Assembly: GCF_963921235.1 (NCBI RefSeq)
Contig: NC_086104.1
Span: 149,420,001 to 149,484,000 of the forward strand
Length of the DNA stretch: 64,000 bases
Direction of reading: 5' to 3'
Source: Mobula hypostoma
Taxonomy: Eukaryota
This document shows positions 25,105 through 35,829 of the stretch, piece after piece (within the stretch, counting starts at the first letter, position 1; each line of letters opens with the position of its first letter). The position numbers and the translations under genes are program-made. The notes beneath the pieces are model-generated. The model was not told where the DNA came from. It made no database searches and saw only the letters and a list, made by a program, of their open reading frames with translations.

Positions 25105-25790
25105 AGATTATGAGGCCACGCAGTCCTCTTTTATTGTCATTTAGTAATGCCTTTGCATTAAGAAATGATACAATGTTCCTCCAGTGTGATATCACAGAAA
25201 CACAAGACAGACCAAGACTGAAAAACTGACAAAAACCACATAATTATAACATATAGTTACAACAGTGAAAGCAATACCGTAATTTGATAGAGAACAGACC
25301 ATAGGCACGGTAAAAAAAAGTCTCAAAGTCTCTCGAAAGTCCCATTATCTCACGCAGACGGTAGAAGGAAGAAAATTCTCCCTGCCATGAGCTTCCAGCG
25401 CCACAAACTTGCCGATGCAGCATCCTGGAAGCACCTGACCACAGTCCGACTCTGAGTCTGTCCGAAAACTTTGAGCCTCCGACCAGCCCTCTGACACCGA
25501 GCACCGAGCACCATCTCTGCCGAGCGCTTCGACCCCGGCCCCGGCCGCCAGTAACAGGTGAAGCTGAGGATTTGGGGCCTTCCCTTCGGAGATTCTCGAT
25601 CGCATGGTAGCAGCAGCAGCAAACCGGGCACTTCAGAAGTTACTCCAGATGTTCCTCTGTGCTTCTCACATCTGCCTCCATCAAATCAGAATTGTGCACG
25701 GCCCCTACTTACAAATACCAATATCATTCACTGGAGAAGCCGTGCGCGCTGCGTCACGCTGCCATCTTCTCCTCCCTTGGATTGCGCTTG
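25105..25790 (-). mobile_element. Unclassified non-coding retroposon with (TAATC)n tail
   Basis: Closely similar copy on + at about 44270-44660 ending AATAAAAGAGGACTG...(TAATC)n. Confidence 0.65.
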
Positions 25791-26960
25791 GGACAGCGCA
25801 CAAGTGTCGCCACTTTTCCAGTGGTGACAAAGCACGTCTGCAACTTGCTAAATCTAAACATATGAAGTGGAATGTGGGAGGAAAAACTTAAACCCTGCAA
25901 TAACAAAATCATGATAAGAATTTTCAATTCTTCTCCATTAGGGAGATGATTTCCCTTACACTCAAAGTGTGCCTTGTTTAGTGGCTTTGAGTGATAGAAA
26001 GACATGTAACAAGGGATTCAGTTGCTTTACAGGCTGAATATTGAGAAGAGAGCTGGTTAAGGATCCCATCATTTATCAAGGTCCTAGTTATACAGTTGCC
26101 CTCCCCACTCATGTTTTGCACTAAATATACACACATATACATGTATACAAATATACACATACATGTAGACTATATCTTATTGAAATTTAAATACGTCAGT
26201 GATAATAAACCTGAGGAGATTTGATATGTCACCAAAGCTACTTGCAAACTTCTACACATGTACCGTGGAGAGCATTCTAACTGGCTGCATCACTGTCTCG
26301 TACAGGGTAGGAGGACTGCTACACAGGATCAAAGAAGCTGCAGAGAAGTGTAAACTGTGTCATTTCCATCAAGGCACTAGCCTCCGAGTATCCAGGAATG
26401 CCTCGAGGAGTTGGCGTCCATTATCAAGGACCCCCATCACCCAGGTCAGACCTTGTTCTCATTGCTATCATCAGGGAGGGGGTACAGAAGCCTGAAGGCG
26501 GACACTCAATCATTCAGGGACAGCTTCTTCCCTTCTGCCATCAGATTTCTGAATGGGCAGTAAACCCATGAACACTAACTCAATATTTTTTTTCCCATTT
26601 TTGCACTACTTATTTTGTGTGTGTGTGTGTGTGTATGTATGTGTATATATATATATATATATATAGTGGTATCCGTTAGTCACGTGAGACCATGGATTTG
26701 CGCCTTGGAAGGTTTCCAGGGTGTAGGCCTGGGTATGGAAGACCAGCAGTTGCCCATGCTGCAAGTCTCCCCTCTCCACGCCACTGATGTTGTCCAAGGG
26801 AAGGGCACTAGGGCCGATACAGCTTGGCACCAGTGTCGTCGCAGAGCAATGTGTGGTTAAGTGCCTTGCTCAAGGACACAACACGCTGCCTCAGCTGAGA
26901 CTCGAACTAGCGACCTTCAGATCACTAGACTTGACACCTTAACCACTTGGCCACGTGCCA

Positions 26961-26992
<32 letters not shown>

Positions 26993-28568
26993 CAATTCTG
27001 TTTTCCCCCATATTTATCATGTATTGCATGGTCCTGCTGCTGCAAAGACAACAAATTTCACAACATATGCCAGTGATATTAAATCTGATTCTAACTATCA
27101 GACAATTAACTCTCTGATATTTTAGAATTCCTGACTATTTGGTATCTGGCTCACGCACTCCAGGCATCACCATTACACTTAATAGGGCTCCATCTCTGGA
27201 ACCCCTTGATTCACTGAAAAGTTCAATACTCTTACATACAACAAAAAGTGAATTAAAAGCCCATTGGTGTATTCACAGGAACAAATCCTAATAATAACAA
27301 GGTTGTTATAGTCGGGAGTGATAATGGGAAAAAGCTCCTACTACCTATTAATTGCTCCCAAAAGCGTACACCTCAAATACCCTCTGACAACCAAGTCCAG
27401 CTCGCAGCTTTCACATGTAGCTTAGCTACTAAACCCGGTGGAACAGTTTCTACTGACAGGAGAAGGGGCAAGGGCGGGTTACTGGTGCCTTAAAACCAGT
27501 CACTTTGGGTAGATGGGGCTCGACAGCCGTGGTTGGCAGTTCATCCAGAAGGAAAACTCTGACCTCAAAGCTCCGCTGCCTTGTGGCTATACCTACCCAC
27601 AGGGAAGGCTTCTGGAGTAAACCCAGAGGGAAAATGTGGAGCTGGAGTCCCTATGTCAGTCCTAAGTTGAGTTCAACGCTGACTGGCAACTTTTGCAAAC
27701 CTGCTGGTACCAAACTGTATTGGTCTCTGCTGTTCCTTTGGTTTCATCAGATGCGTGGAGAAGGCTACATGGGCAACAGTTTGCTCTCCATATCGTACTG
27801 CCCAGGCTTGCGTATCTGGACAGCTAGGACTCAACGTCCGTGGTTGACTCTGACTGATGAATGCCTCACTCACTCAATACCTAACAGTCCAGAAAAGCTG
27901 CCAGTGTTCAAAGTCCCAAATGCACCAGGCTATTGACATTCTGCTGAGCAAGACAAAACATTTCAGATGAAGGGCGAGTAAAAGTCTAATAAAACACAAA
28001 ACAGAAACCTCCACTCTAGAGAAAAATCTCCATCAATGCTTTACAAATTCCCAATGAACTGTAGGGATTTGCAGCTTAGGTACGAGCCTTCAAAACTTTT
28101 CAACCTATAAATCACAAAATATCAACCTGAAAGATTACATTTCAGGTTGATGATCTGAAATCTCCCACTGATGCTGCCCTCCAGTGTTCGCTCCCTGGAA
28201 GGCAAGCTGGATTGCCTCCGTCTGCGGCTGGCCCAGCGTGATGAGGAACTGTTGCGTGCTTATTCTTAAATATGGCTCCTGGACAAGATCCCACACACCA
28301 ACAGTCTTCAGACCATGCCATCCAGGAACTTGTGCTAATATTCTTTTGGGCTATTATAACTATAGGTACTGTGTGTGTGATTACATGTACTGTTTTCACC
28401 TTGGCCCCAGAGGACGTTTTATTTAGCTGTATACATGATTATGGTTGAATGACAATTAAACTTGAACTTCTGTCAGGACTGTTCTCTTCCAGATGTTGAT
28501 ACGTATTCTTCTGTCTGAAGCTATTAACTAGATTACAACAGTTTTGAAGAGTGAAAAATGGCACTTAC

Positions 28569-28679
28569 TTGATGAGGCATTTGATGGTCCATCATTTGAG
28601 AATAGTTATTCGGATATGGACTAGGTTGATGCCCGGTGGGATACCAGTAATTGGAGGCAAACCCTGGGTATGGCATTTC
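28569..28679 (-). CDS. BAG4: BAG4-like exon 2 (37 codons; absent from the ORF track)
   Basis: Acceptor CTTGCCTTCTAG|GAA, donor CAA|GTAAGT; EMPYPGFASNYWYPTGHQPSPYPNNYSQMMDHQMPHQ resembles the recalled human BAG4 segment EQPPYPSYNSNYWNSTARSRAPYPSTYP. Confidence 0.9.
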
Positions 28680-28959
28680 CTAGAAGGCAAGAGCAAAATC
28701 AGACATAGGGCCTGGTGAATTCACACGGTCTACAGATCTGGTAACCCAACAAAGGGAGTTGAAAATAGTTACAGAAGAGGGCGTGCTGTGAAGTACACCC
28801 AAAACTAGGGATAATGTATTTATTGACTGAGGTACAATGAATCAAATTAGGGCTGAACTTGAATTTAGAAAGATCTCAATAAAGCAAACACAATTTTTAC
28901 ATGCCCCAACAGGTTGATGCAGCATCTAAAACCCAGGTTCACCCTTTCACTATGGACCC

Positions 28960-29268
28960 TATATAGGCATCCGTTCGTCTTGTGAGACTATGGATTTGCA
29001 CCTTGGAAGGTTTCCAGGGCGCAGACCTGGGCAAGGTTGTATGGAAGACCAGCAGTTGCCCATGCTGCAAGTCTCCCCTCTCCACGCCACCGATGTTGTC
29101 CAAGGGAAGGGCATTAGGACCCATACAGCTTGGCACCGGTGTCGTCGCAGACCAATGTGTGGTTAAGTGCCTTGCTCAAGGACACAACACGCCACCTCAG
29201 CCAAGGCTCGAACTAGCGACCTTCAGATCACTAGACGAACGCCTTAACCACTTGGCCACGCGCCACAG
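28960..29268 (-). mobile_element. tRNA-derived CORE-like SINE with TSD
   Basis: Minus-strand A box TGGCCAAGTGG, B box GTTCGAGCC, core GTGTCCTTGAGCAAGGCACTTAAC; TSD CTATGGACCC (28950-28959 and 29269-29278); second copy at about 26665-26960. Confidence 0.85.
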
Positions 29269-29397
29269 CTATGGACCCATGAGAATGTATTTTGCCCTCC
29301 AGAGCAGGCGTAGTGAATGAGACCAAGATGGTTAACATTACAACAATACAGGCCCTTCAGCCCTGATGTTGTTCTGATCTGTTATAACGGTTGTTAT

Positions 29398-29867
29398 ATA
29401 CACTCAGTGACCACTTTATTAGCTGCCTCCTGCATTCAGAGGTGCTCTTCTGTATACCACTGCTGTAAGTTACTGTCAGCTCCTGACAGCTTGATTGAGT
29501 CTAGACATTCTCCTTTGATGGCTTTCATTAACAAGGCATTCTCACCCACAGAACTGCTACTCTCTGAATTTTTTTTTGTTTTTTTGCACCATTCTTCATA
29601 AACTCTAGAGACCGTTGTGAAAATCACAGGAGAGCAGCAGTTCTGAGATACTCAAACCACCTCATCTGGCACCAACAATCATTTCAGGGTCAAAAATCAC
29701 TTGGATTCCATTTCTTCCCCATTCTGATGTTTGATCAAACAACAACCGAATCTCTTGATCGTGCCTGCATGCTTTGATGCATTGAGTTGCTGCCACATGA
29801 TTGACTGATTGAATATTTGCATTAATGGGTAGGTGTACAGCTGTACGTAACAAAGTCATTGAGTGTA
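29398..29867 (-). mobile_element. Tc1/mariner deletion derivative
   Basis: TIR-like CACTCAGTG(A/G)CCACTTTATTAG after a TA; remnant TTVSRVY..WC transposase HTH; homologous to 53619-54155. Confidence 0.75.
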
Positions 29868-30137
29868 AATTTAAGAAAGATCTCTTGATCAGTCAAGGCA
29901 TGAAGTAATAATGCAGGACCATTCTTGGGTCGACCTGTCATGAATTTACTAAATGGCAAGACAGTTTCAAGGGCCATTCAACTGGCCTACTCCTTCTATG
30001 TCCTGATGTTACAAATAACCTGCGTTAACGGAAATGTGCAACCCCCCGCCACCAACTACCCGAACCAAAAAAAAACTGCTTGTACCTCAATGCAGTGAAT
30101 GTACCTCACCACTTTACAAGATGTCAGTACAGAAATT

Positions 30138-30397
30138 GGGGCAGCACAGTAGCATAGTGGTTAGCACAACGCTTTACAGTACAGGCGACCGGGGTTCAAT
30201 TTTCACCACTGCTGTTCCCCCTGGACTTCCGCTGGGTGCTTCAGTTTCCTCCCACAGTCCAAAGACCCACCGGTTGGTAGGTGAATTGGTCACTGTAAAT
30301 TGTCCTGTGATGAGGCTTGGATTAAATCGGGGAATTGCTGAGTGGCATAGCTTGAACAGCCAGAAGGGTCTATTTCACACTGTATCTCAATAAATAA
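30138..30397 (+). mobile_element. tRNA-derived V-SINE-type SINE
   Basis: A box TAGCATAGTGG, B box GGTTCAATT, V-type core, (TAAA)n tail. Confidence 0.85.
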
Positions 30398-31659
30398 AAA
30401 CAAATAAGCAATATCTTAAACTGACTGGAGCTCTGTAATTAGTGGTGTTCCATAGGGATCTGTGCTGGGGCCTCTGCTGTTTGTGATATACACAAATCAC
30501 CTGGATGAAAAGGTAGATGGGTGCATTAAATTTGCAGAAGATAGCAAGATTGGTGGAGTTGTGGACAGTATAGAAGGCAGGCAAAGAATACAGTGTGATA
30601 AAGATCAGTTGCAGATACGGGCAGAGAAATGGTAGGTCTGATACGCATCAGTTTCTCCATTTTTAATTGTTAGAATTAACCTAGGAGCAATAAGTAGCCA
30701 ATTACTTCATAGGCAGCTATTCTGGTAAGAATCAGTCTGTCCATAATGGCAAATTGGGCCTGGTACAGTAACTTCAAGAGGAGAATGGGGGCCACATGGA
30801 TCACACTAAAGCAAACTGTCTGAGCAAAATTTAAACCGCACAGAATACTTACCCTCGTCTCAAACTGTCTGAGCAAAATTTAAACTGCACAAAATACTTA
30901 CCCGCGTTTCAAGGTATGAAACGCTACAGGTTTCTCTCCCTCACCTCTAAATATATTTACTCCTGCCCCTTCAGCATCAAATATCAAAATACACATCTCC
31001 AAGTAGGAGTTTATCATAGTTAAAAAGAACGTATCGCCTCTTCATGTTGCTTTTGAAATTGCTTCAGAAGGATAGAGTATATTGACTTCGTCCTGACCTT
31101 CACAGGAAACACAATGAGCTCCCTGGCCCTATGATCTGAGGTGATCTGCCCCAAGATCTGAACCTGGCATTCAGACTGATTAAACCAATGTGTTTGTGAA
31201 CACCACTTCCACTTTTCCTGATATCTTTCCCCAATAAACAAGCTGACATTCATGCAAGGAAATATTATCATTAACATGAAAGCAAATATTAAGTTATTTT
31301 CTTCAGTTAAAGCTATGTGGGTTGCCCAAAGTTGCACCTCCACTGTGCAGCCCCCTCCAAAACCTCTTCCATTTCACTCACAATTCTCTCAACTTCCACT
31401 GCCTCCATCCACCCATTCCTCCCTTCCTCCACAGCTGCACTCCCACACTTCCTCATATCACACCTCCAACCTGCTCATTGCTTTCTTTACTCCGTGACTC
31501 CCACTACAGCCTCAACTTCCCCAAATTCCCCCACTCTTCAAACCGACTCGTGTCTACACTCACTTCCTAGACACCCCACTGCCCCCACCTCTCTCATCAC
31601 ATATTTCTTTATATTTTGTCTATACAGTCCCTCCATCTTCAATCTCTCCTCCCACTCTC

Positions 31660-31990
31660 CTCCCTCCCACCTCGGCCCCTCTCCCCATCTCCTCCTTACA
31701 CCCTCTCCCCCCCCTCCTTTTACCCCATCTCCCCTCCCCCTTGTCCCCTCTCCCCAGTCTCCCTTGCCCCTCCCCGTCTCCCCTTGCCCCCCTCCCCACT
31801 CCTCGTCTCCCCTTTGACCCCCCTCTCCCCAGTCTCCCCTTGACCCCCCTTTCCCCACTCCACCTTGATCCCCCTTTCCCCACTCCACCTTGACCCCCCT
31901 TTCCCCTCTCCCCCTTGACCCCCTCTCCCCAGTCTCCCCCTTGACCCCCCGTCCCTCCTTTTATCCCTTTCTCCCCACCCCCTTCCCTCA
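31660..31990 (-). repeat. G-rich (sense strand) low-complexity tandem tract at the 5' end of BAG4 intron 1
   Basis: Repeated CCCCTTGACCCCC and CTCTCCCCAGTCTCCC units on +. Confidence 0.9.
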
Positions 31991-31991
31991 C

Positions 31992-32108
31992 CTTCCGGAC
32001 CCGCGGGTCGTTCCATGTAGTAGTGCCGGTGTTGTGGTCGATGTAGTAGGGCCAGCCGCTGTCAGGATCTCGCTTCATCTCCCAGCCGCGGGGAAGAGTG
32101 GCAGCCAT
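31992..32108 (-). CDS. BAG4: BAG4-like exon 1 encoding a WW domain (39 codons)
   Basis: Kozak GCCATGG; [39 protein letters not shown]; donor AAG|GTGAGG, phase 0, in frame with exon 2. Both Trp residues, the aromatic doublet, Asn and Pro of the WW fold are intact. Confidence 0.9.
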
Positions 32109-32270
32109 GGCCTCACTCACAGGACTCAGCCACTCCGGCCCCTGCCCGCTGACCGGCGGCCGCACCAGCCAATCGGCCCCAATGCTTCCTCAATTCTTCC
32201 GGCACGCTGGCCAATCACGGTGGGGCATCGGAGGCGGAACGCCGCGCCCACTTCCTCTAACATCCGCTGA
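32109..32270 (-). promoter_or_regulatory. BAG4-like promoter/5' UTR with CCAAT boxes and ETS-like site
   Basis: CpG-rich; three CCAAT motifs (about 32169, 32179 and 32211) and CACTTCC (about 32249); no TATA box seen. Confidence 0.6.
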
Positions 32271-32289
32271 CAGACAGGCAGTGACAGGG

Positions 32290-33500
32290 TCACACCCACT
32301 GACTCACACTCAGGGGCTGAAACCCACACCCATTGACACACTCACACTCAGTGACCGACACACCCACTGACACATTCATTCATGCTTCCTGATACACATG
32401 TACCCACAGGCACACTCACTTACTCCCACAGATACTCTCCCATCCAGAGATTGACACACTCACACCCACTGACAGACTTACTCACACCCATTGACACACT
32501 CACCCACCACCCACTGACATACTCGATCACATTCAGACACTGACACACTCACCCACCACCCATTGACACGCTCACACTCAGACACTGACACACTCACCCA
32601 CCACCCATTGACACACCCACACTCAGTGACCGACACACCCAATGACACATTCATTCATGCTTCCTGATACACAGGTACCCACAGACACACTCACTTACTC
32701 CCACAGATACTCTCCCATCCAGAGATTGACACACTCACCCACCACCCACTGACACGCTCGCTCACACTCAGACACTGACACACTCACCCACCACCCATTG
32801 ACACACTCACACTCAGTGACCGACACACCCAATGACACATTCATTCATACTTCCTGATACACATGTACCTACAGACACAATCACTTACTCTCACAGATAC
32901 TCTCCCATCCAGAGATTGACACACTCACTGATACACTCACACCCATTGATACACTCACCCACCACCCACTGACACACTCAATCACACTCAGACACTGATA
33001 CACTCACCCACCACCCATTGACACACTCACACTCAGTGACCGACACACCCAATGATACATTCATTCATGCTTCCTGATACACATGTACCCACAGACACAC
33101 TCACTTACTCCCACAGATACTCTCCCATCCAGAGATTGACACACTCACACCCACTGACAGACTTACTCACACCCATTGATACACTCACCCACCACCCACT
33201 GACACACTCGCTCACACTCAGACACTGACACACTCACACCCACTGATACTTACATCTAGTGACACACATATACACCTAGTGATTCACCCACTGACACACA
33301 CAGCGACTCGCTCATTCACATCCACTGGCATACTCACTCACACTCGGAGACTGACACGCTCACTCACACCCCAGTGATGCACTCGCTCACATTCAGTGAC
33401 ACCCACAGGCACACTCATTCAGACCCACTGACACACTTGTGCTCGGAGACTGACACACACACACACAACCAGAGATTACACGCATTCACACGTAGACACT
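32290..33500. repeat. CA-rich higher-order minisatellite
   Basis: A roughly 120-bp module (ACTCAGTGACCGACACACCC...CCATCCAGAGATTGACACACTC) recurs at about 32341, 32617, 32807 and 33026, with variable ACACACTCACCCACCACCC sub-repeats between. Confidence 0.92.
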
Positions 33501-35829
33501 CATTCACATCCAAAAAAAGTAACATACTCACTCGTTTCTGGAGACAGGAGGGATGAGGGAGAGGGGAGAAAGGAGTAAATGGGGGGAAGGGGCGGCAGGA
33601 AGAGGGGAGTCAAGGAGGCGGAGCAGATTAATGATGGCACTAAACGGCGACTCCTTTTCTTGCATCTCCAGAAACAACTCTATTTCCAACTTTACCATCT
33701 TTATTTTTCCCTTTCAGGGTTCCTTTGAAGACCCTGACATGGAGTTACATGCTGACTTTGGTTCTTTGCAGGAATGGGGCCCGCTCTCAGGGTTTCATAA
33801 CCGGTCATTGTTGTTGTTCGGCAAGCCAAGGCCTCGGCCTAAGAGTCCGGCCCGGATTTGGAAGTCTAGGATCTCGGGGCTCTGGAGATAGGCGGTAAAT
33901 AAGCCCTTTGACCTGTACTTGTTGAGGCAGTGTTTATGTTGCTGGTCCAGAAACCCTCCCATTCCCCCTGCTTGTGGGTGGTGGAGAAGTTACCCCTCGT
34001 AATGCTGCTGAATGTCAACAGGAAATGATAAGGCTCCTTCTTTTCCAACCTCTTTTGTGTTGTGGATCTTACTTACCATTCATCGGCCCTCACCTAAGAG
34101 ATCATTACACAATTATAACAATATCAATGTTTTTGCCGCCCACAGTAGTTTATGTCGAAAACTGCTTGGCCTAATAAAAAAATTATCCACGTGAATGGTC
34201 AGTAAAATAGCAGTTCTTTGAAAATGCTTGTTAAAATGTTCTGATTGAAATGAGTTTCCTTAACATAAGAATTATTGTCTCTGGTCAAATGTACTTTGCA
34301 GGTTCAATCAACTGTTATTTTGTATTAAACCTGACTAGCCCTCAGGATAGAGATTCAGCACGGCTCTACCAAAGGAGGTGTAAGGTGCTCCTTCCCTCCA
34401 CTAGCCTGCAGGTCACCCTTGGGCAAGGTATAGCACCGGATTAGCCCCCCGATCAGTATCACATGAAGCCATGGGAGAAGTGGTGGATGGTCGTACAAGC
34501 AGCTGGTGCACGTCACAAGTCCTGGTTATGCGACCACTGATGACAGGCAGACAATCTCTGACGAGTATTGTTAATGGCTGAGGTCACCCACCTTGTAAAG
34601 ACACTGCCCAGGAGGAGACAATGGTAAACCGCTTCTGTAAAAATATCTGCCAAGAATAATCATGGTCATGGAAAGACCATGATCCCCCACGTCATAAGAC
34701 CAGAAGACATAGGAGCAGAATTAGGCCATTCAGCCCATTGAGTCTGCTCTGCCATTCAGTCATGGCTGATCCTGGATTCCACTGAACCCCGTACACCTGC
34801 CTTTTCGCCATAATTTTTGATGCCGTGACCGGTCAGGAAATGATCAACTTCTGCCTTTAATATACCCATGGACCTGGCCTCCACTGCAGTCTGTGGCAGA
34901 GCATTCCACAGATTTACTACTCTCTGGCTAAAAAAATCCCTCCCTACCTCTATTCTAAAGGGTCACCCCTCAATTCTGAGGCTGTGCCCTCTAGTTCTGG
35001 ATACCCCCACCATAGGAAGCATTCTCTCCACATCCACCCTATCTAGTCCTTTCAGCAATCGGTAGGTTTCAATGAGATCCCCACGCATTCTAAATTCCAG
35101 TGAATGCAACCCATAACAAGGTCATACAACATGGCACGCAACGACTTGAAGATCAGTAACGGATATCTGTGAGGAAGACTTTGCCTGGACAGCAGAGAAA
35201 CAACAGATGAACGGTTAGCGTGGCACTATTAGAGCTCAGGGTGTCAGAATTCAGAGTTCAGTTCTGGCGATGTCCTTAAGGAGTTTGCACGTTCTCCCCA
35301 TGACCACCTGGATTTCCTACATTCCAAAAACGTACTGGTTAGTAGGTTAATTGTAAATGATCCTGTGATTAGGCTGGGATGAAATAGGTGGGCTGCTGGG
35401 TGGTGCAGCCTCTCGTGCTGGAATGACCTGTTCCATGCTGCGTCTCTCAATAAAAACATTGAAAATTTAAGATTGAGGGGCTCAGGCCATGATCAGGACT
35501 GCAGGCCATAGGTAATCACAGCCACAGCCACTTTTAAATTGGTAAGTTGGTTTATTATTGTCACATGTACCAAGGTACAGTGAAAACCTTTGTTTTGCAC
35601 ATCATCCTTATGGATCATTTCAGAACAACAGAGCATTGGGGTGGTACAATACAAAACAATAACGGAATCCAAATCAAGGTGTGAAGAGTTACAGAGAAAG
35701 TGCGGTGCAGACAGAAAATAGGATGCATATCAATACGAGGTAGACTAAGGGATCAAGAGTCCAACTTTGGGATTGTTCATAAACAAGAGAAAATCTGCAG
35801 GTGCTGGAAATCCGAGCAACACACACAAG

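Noticed and set aside
29200-29265. tRNA gene-like A/B boxes (also at about 30140 and 51415)
   Set aside because: These are SINE heads, followed by SINE core and tail, and are not stand-alone tRNAs.
31317-31990. Pro-rich and Gly-rich (collagen-like) ORFs
   Set aside because: These are translations of the intronic low-complexity tract.
14456-32108. Calling the gene BAG3 because of the WW domain, the HPG motif and the INPP5F neighbour
   Set aside because: It has no IPV motifs and no post-BAG tail, it has five exons, and exons 2-5 carry BAG4-specific motifs. BAG4 is preferred pending phylogeny.
32290-33500. Repeat-spacer appearance suggesting a CRISPR array
   Set aside because: Eukaryotic context, the spacers are themselves repeats, and there are no cas genes.
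33553-33891. Plus-strand ORF and acceptor-like site upstream of BAG4 (LSM1 or divergent transcript?)
   Set aside because: No Sm-fold similarity and no supporting exons.
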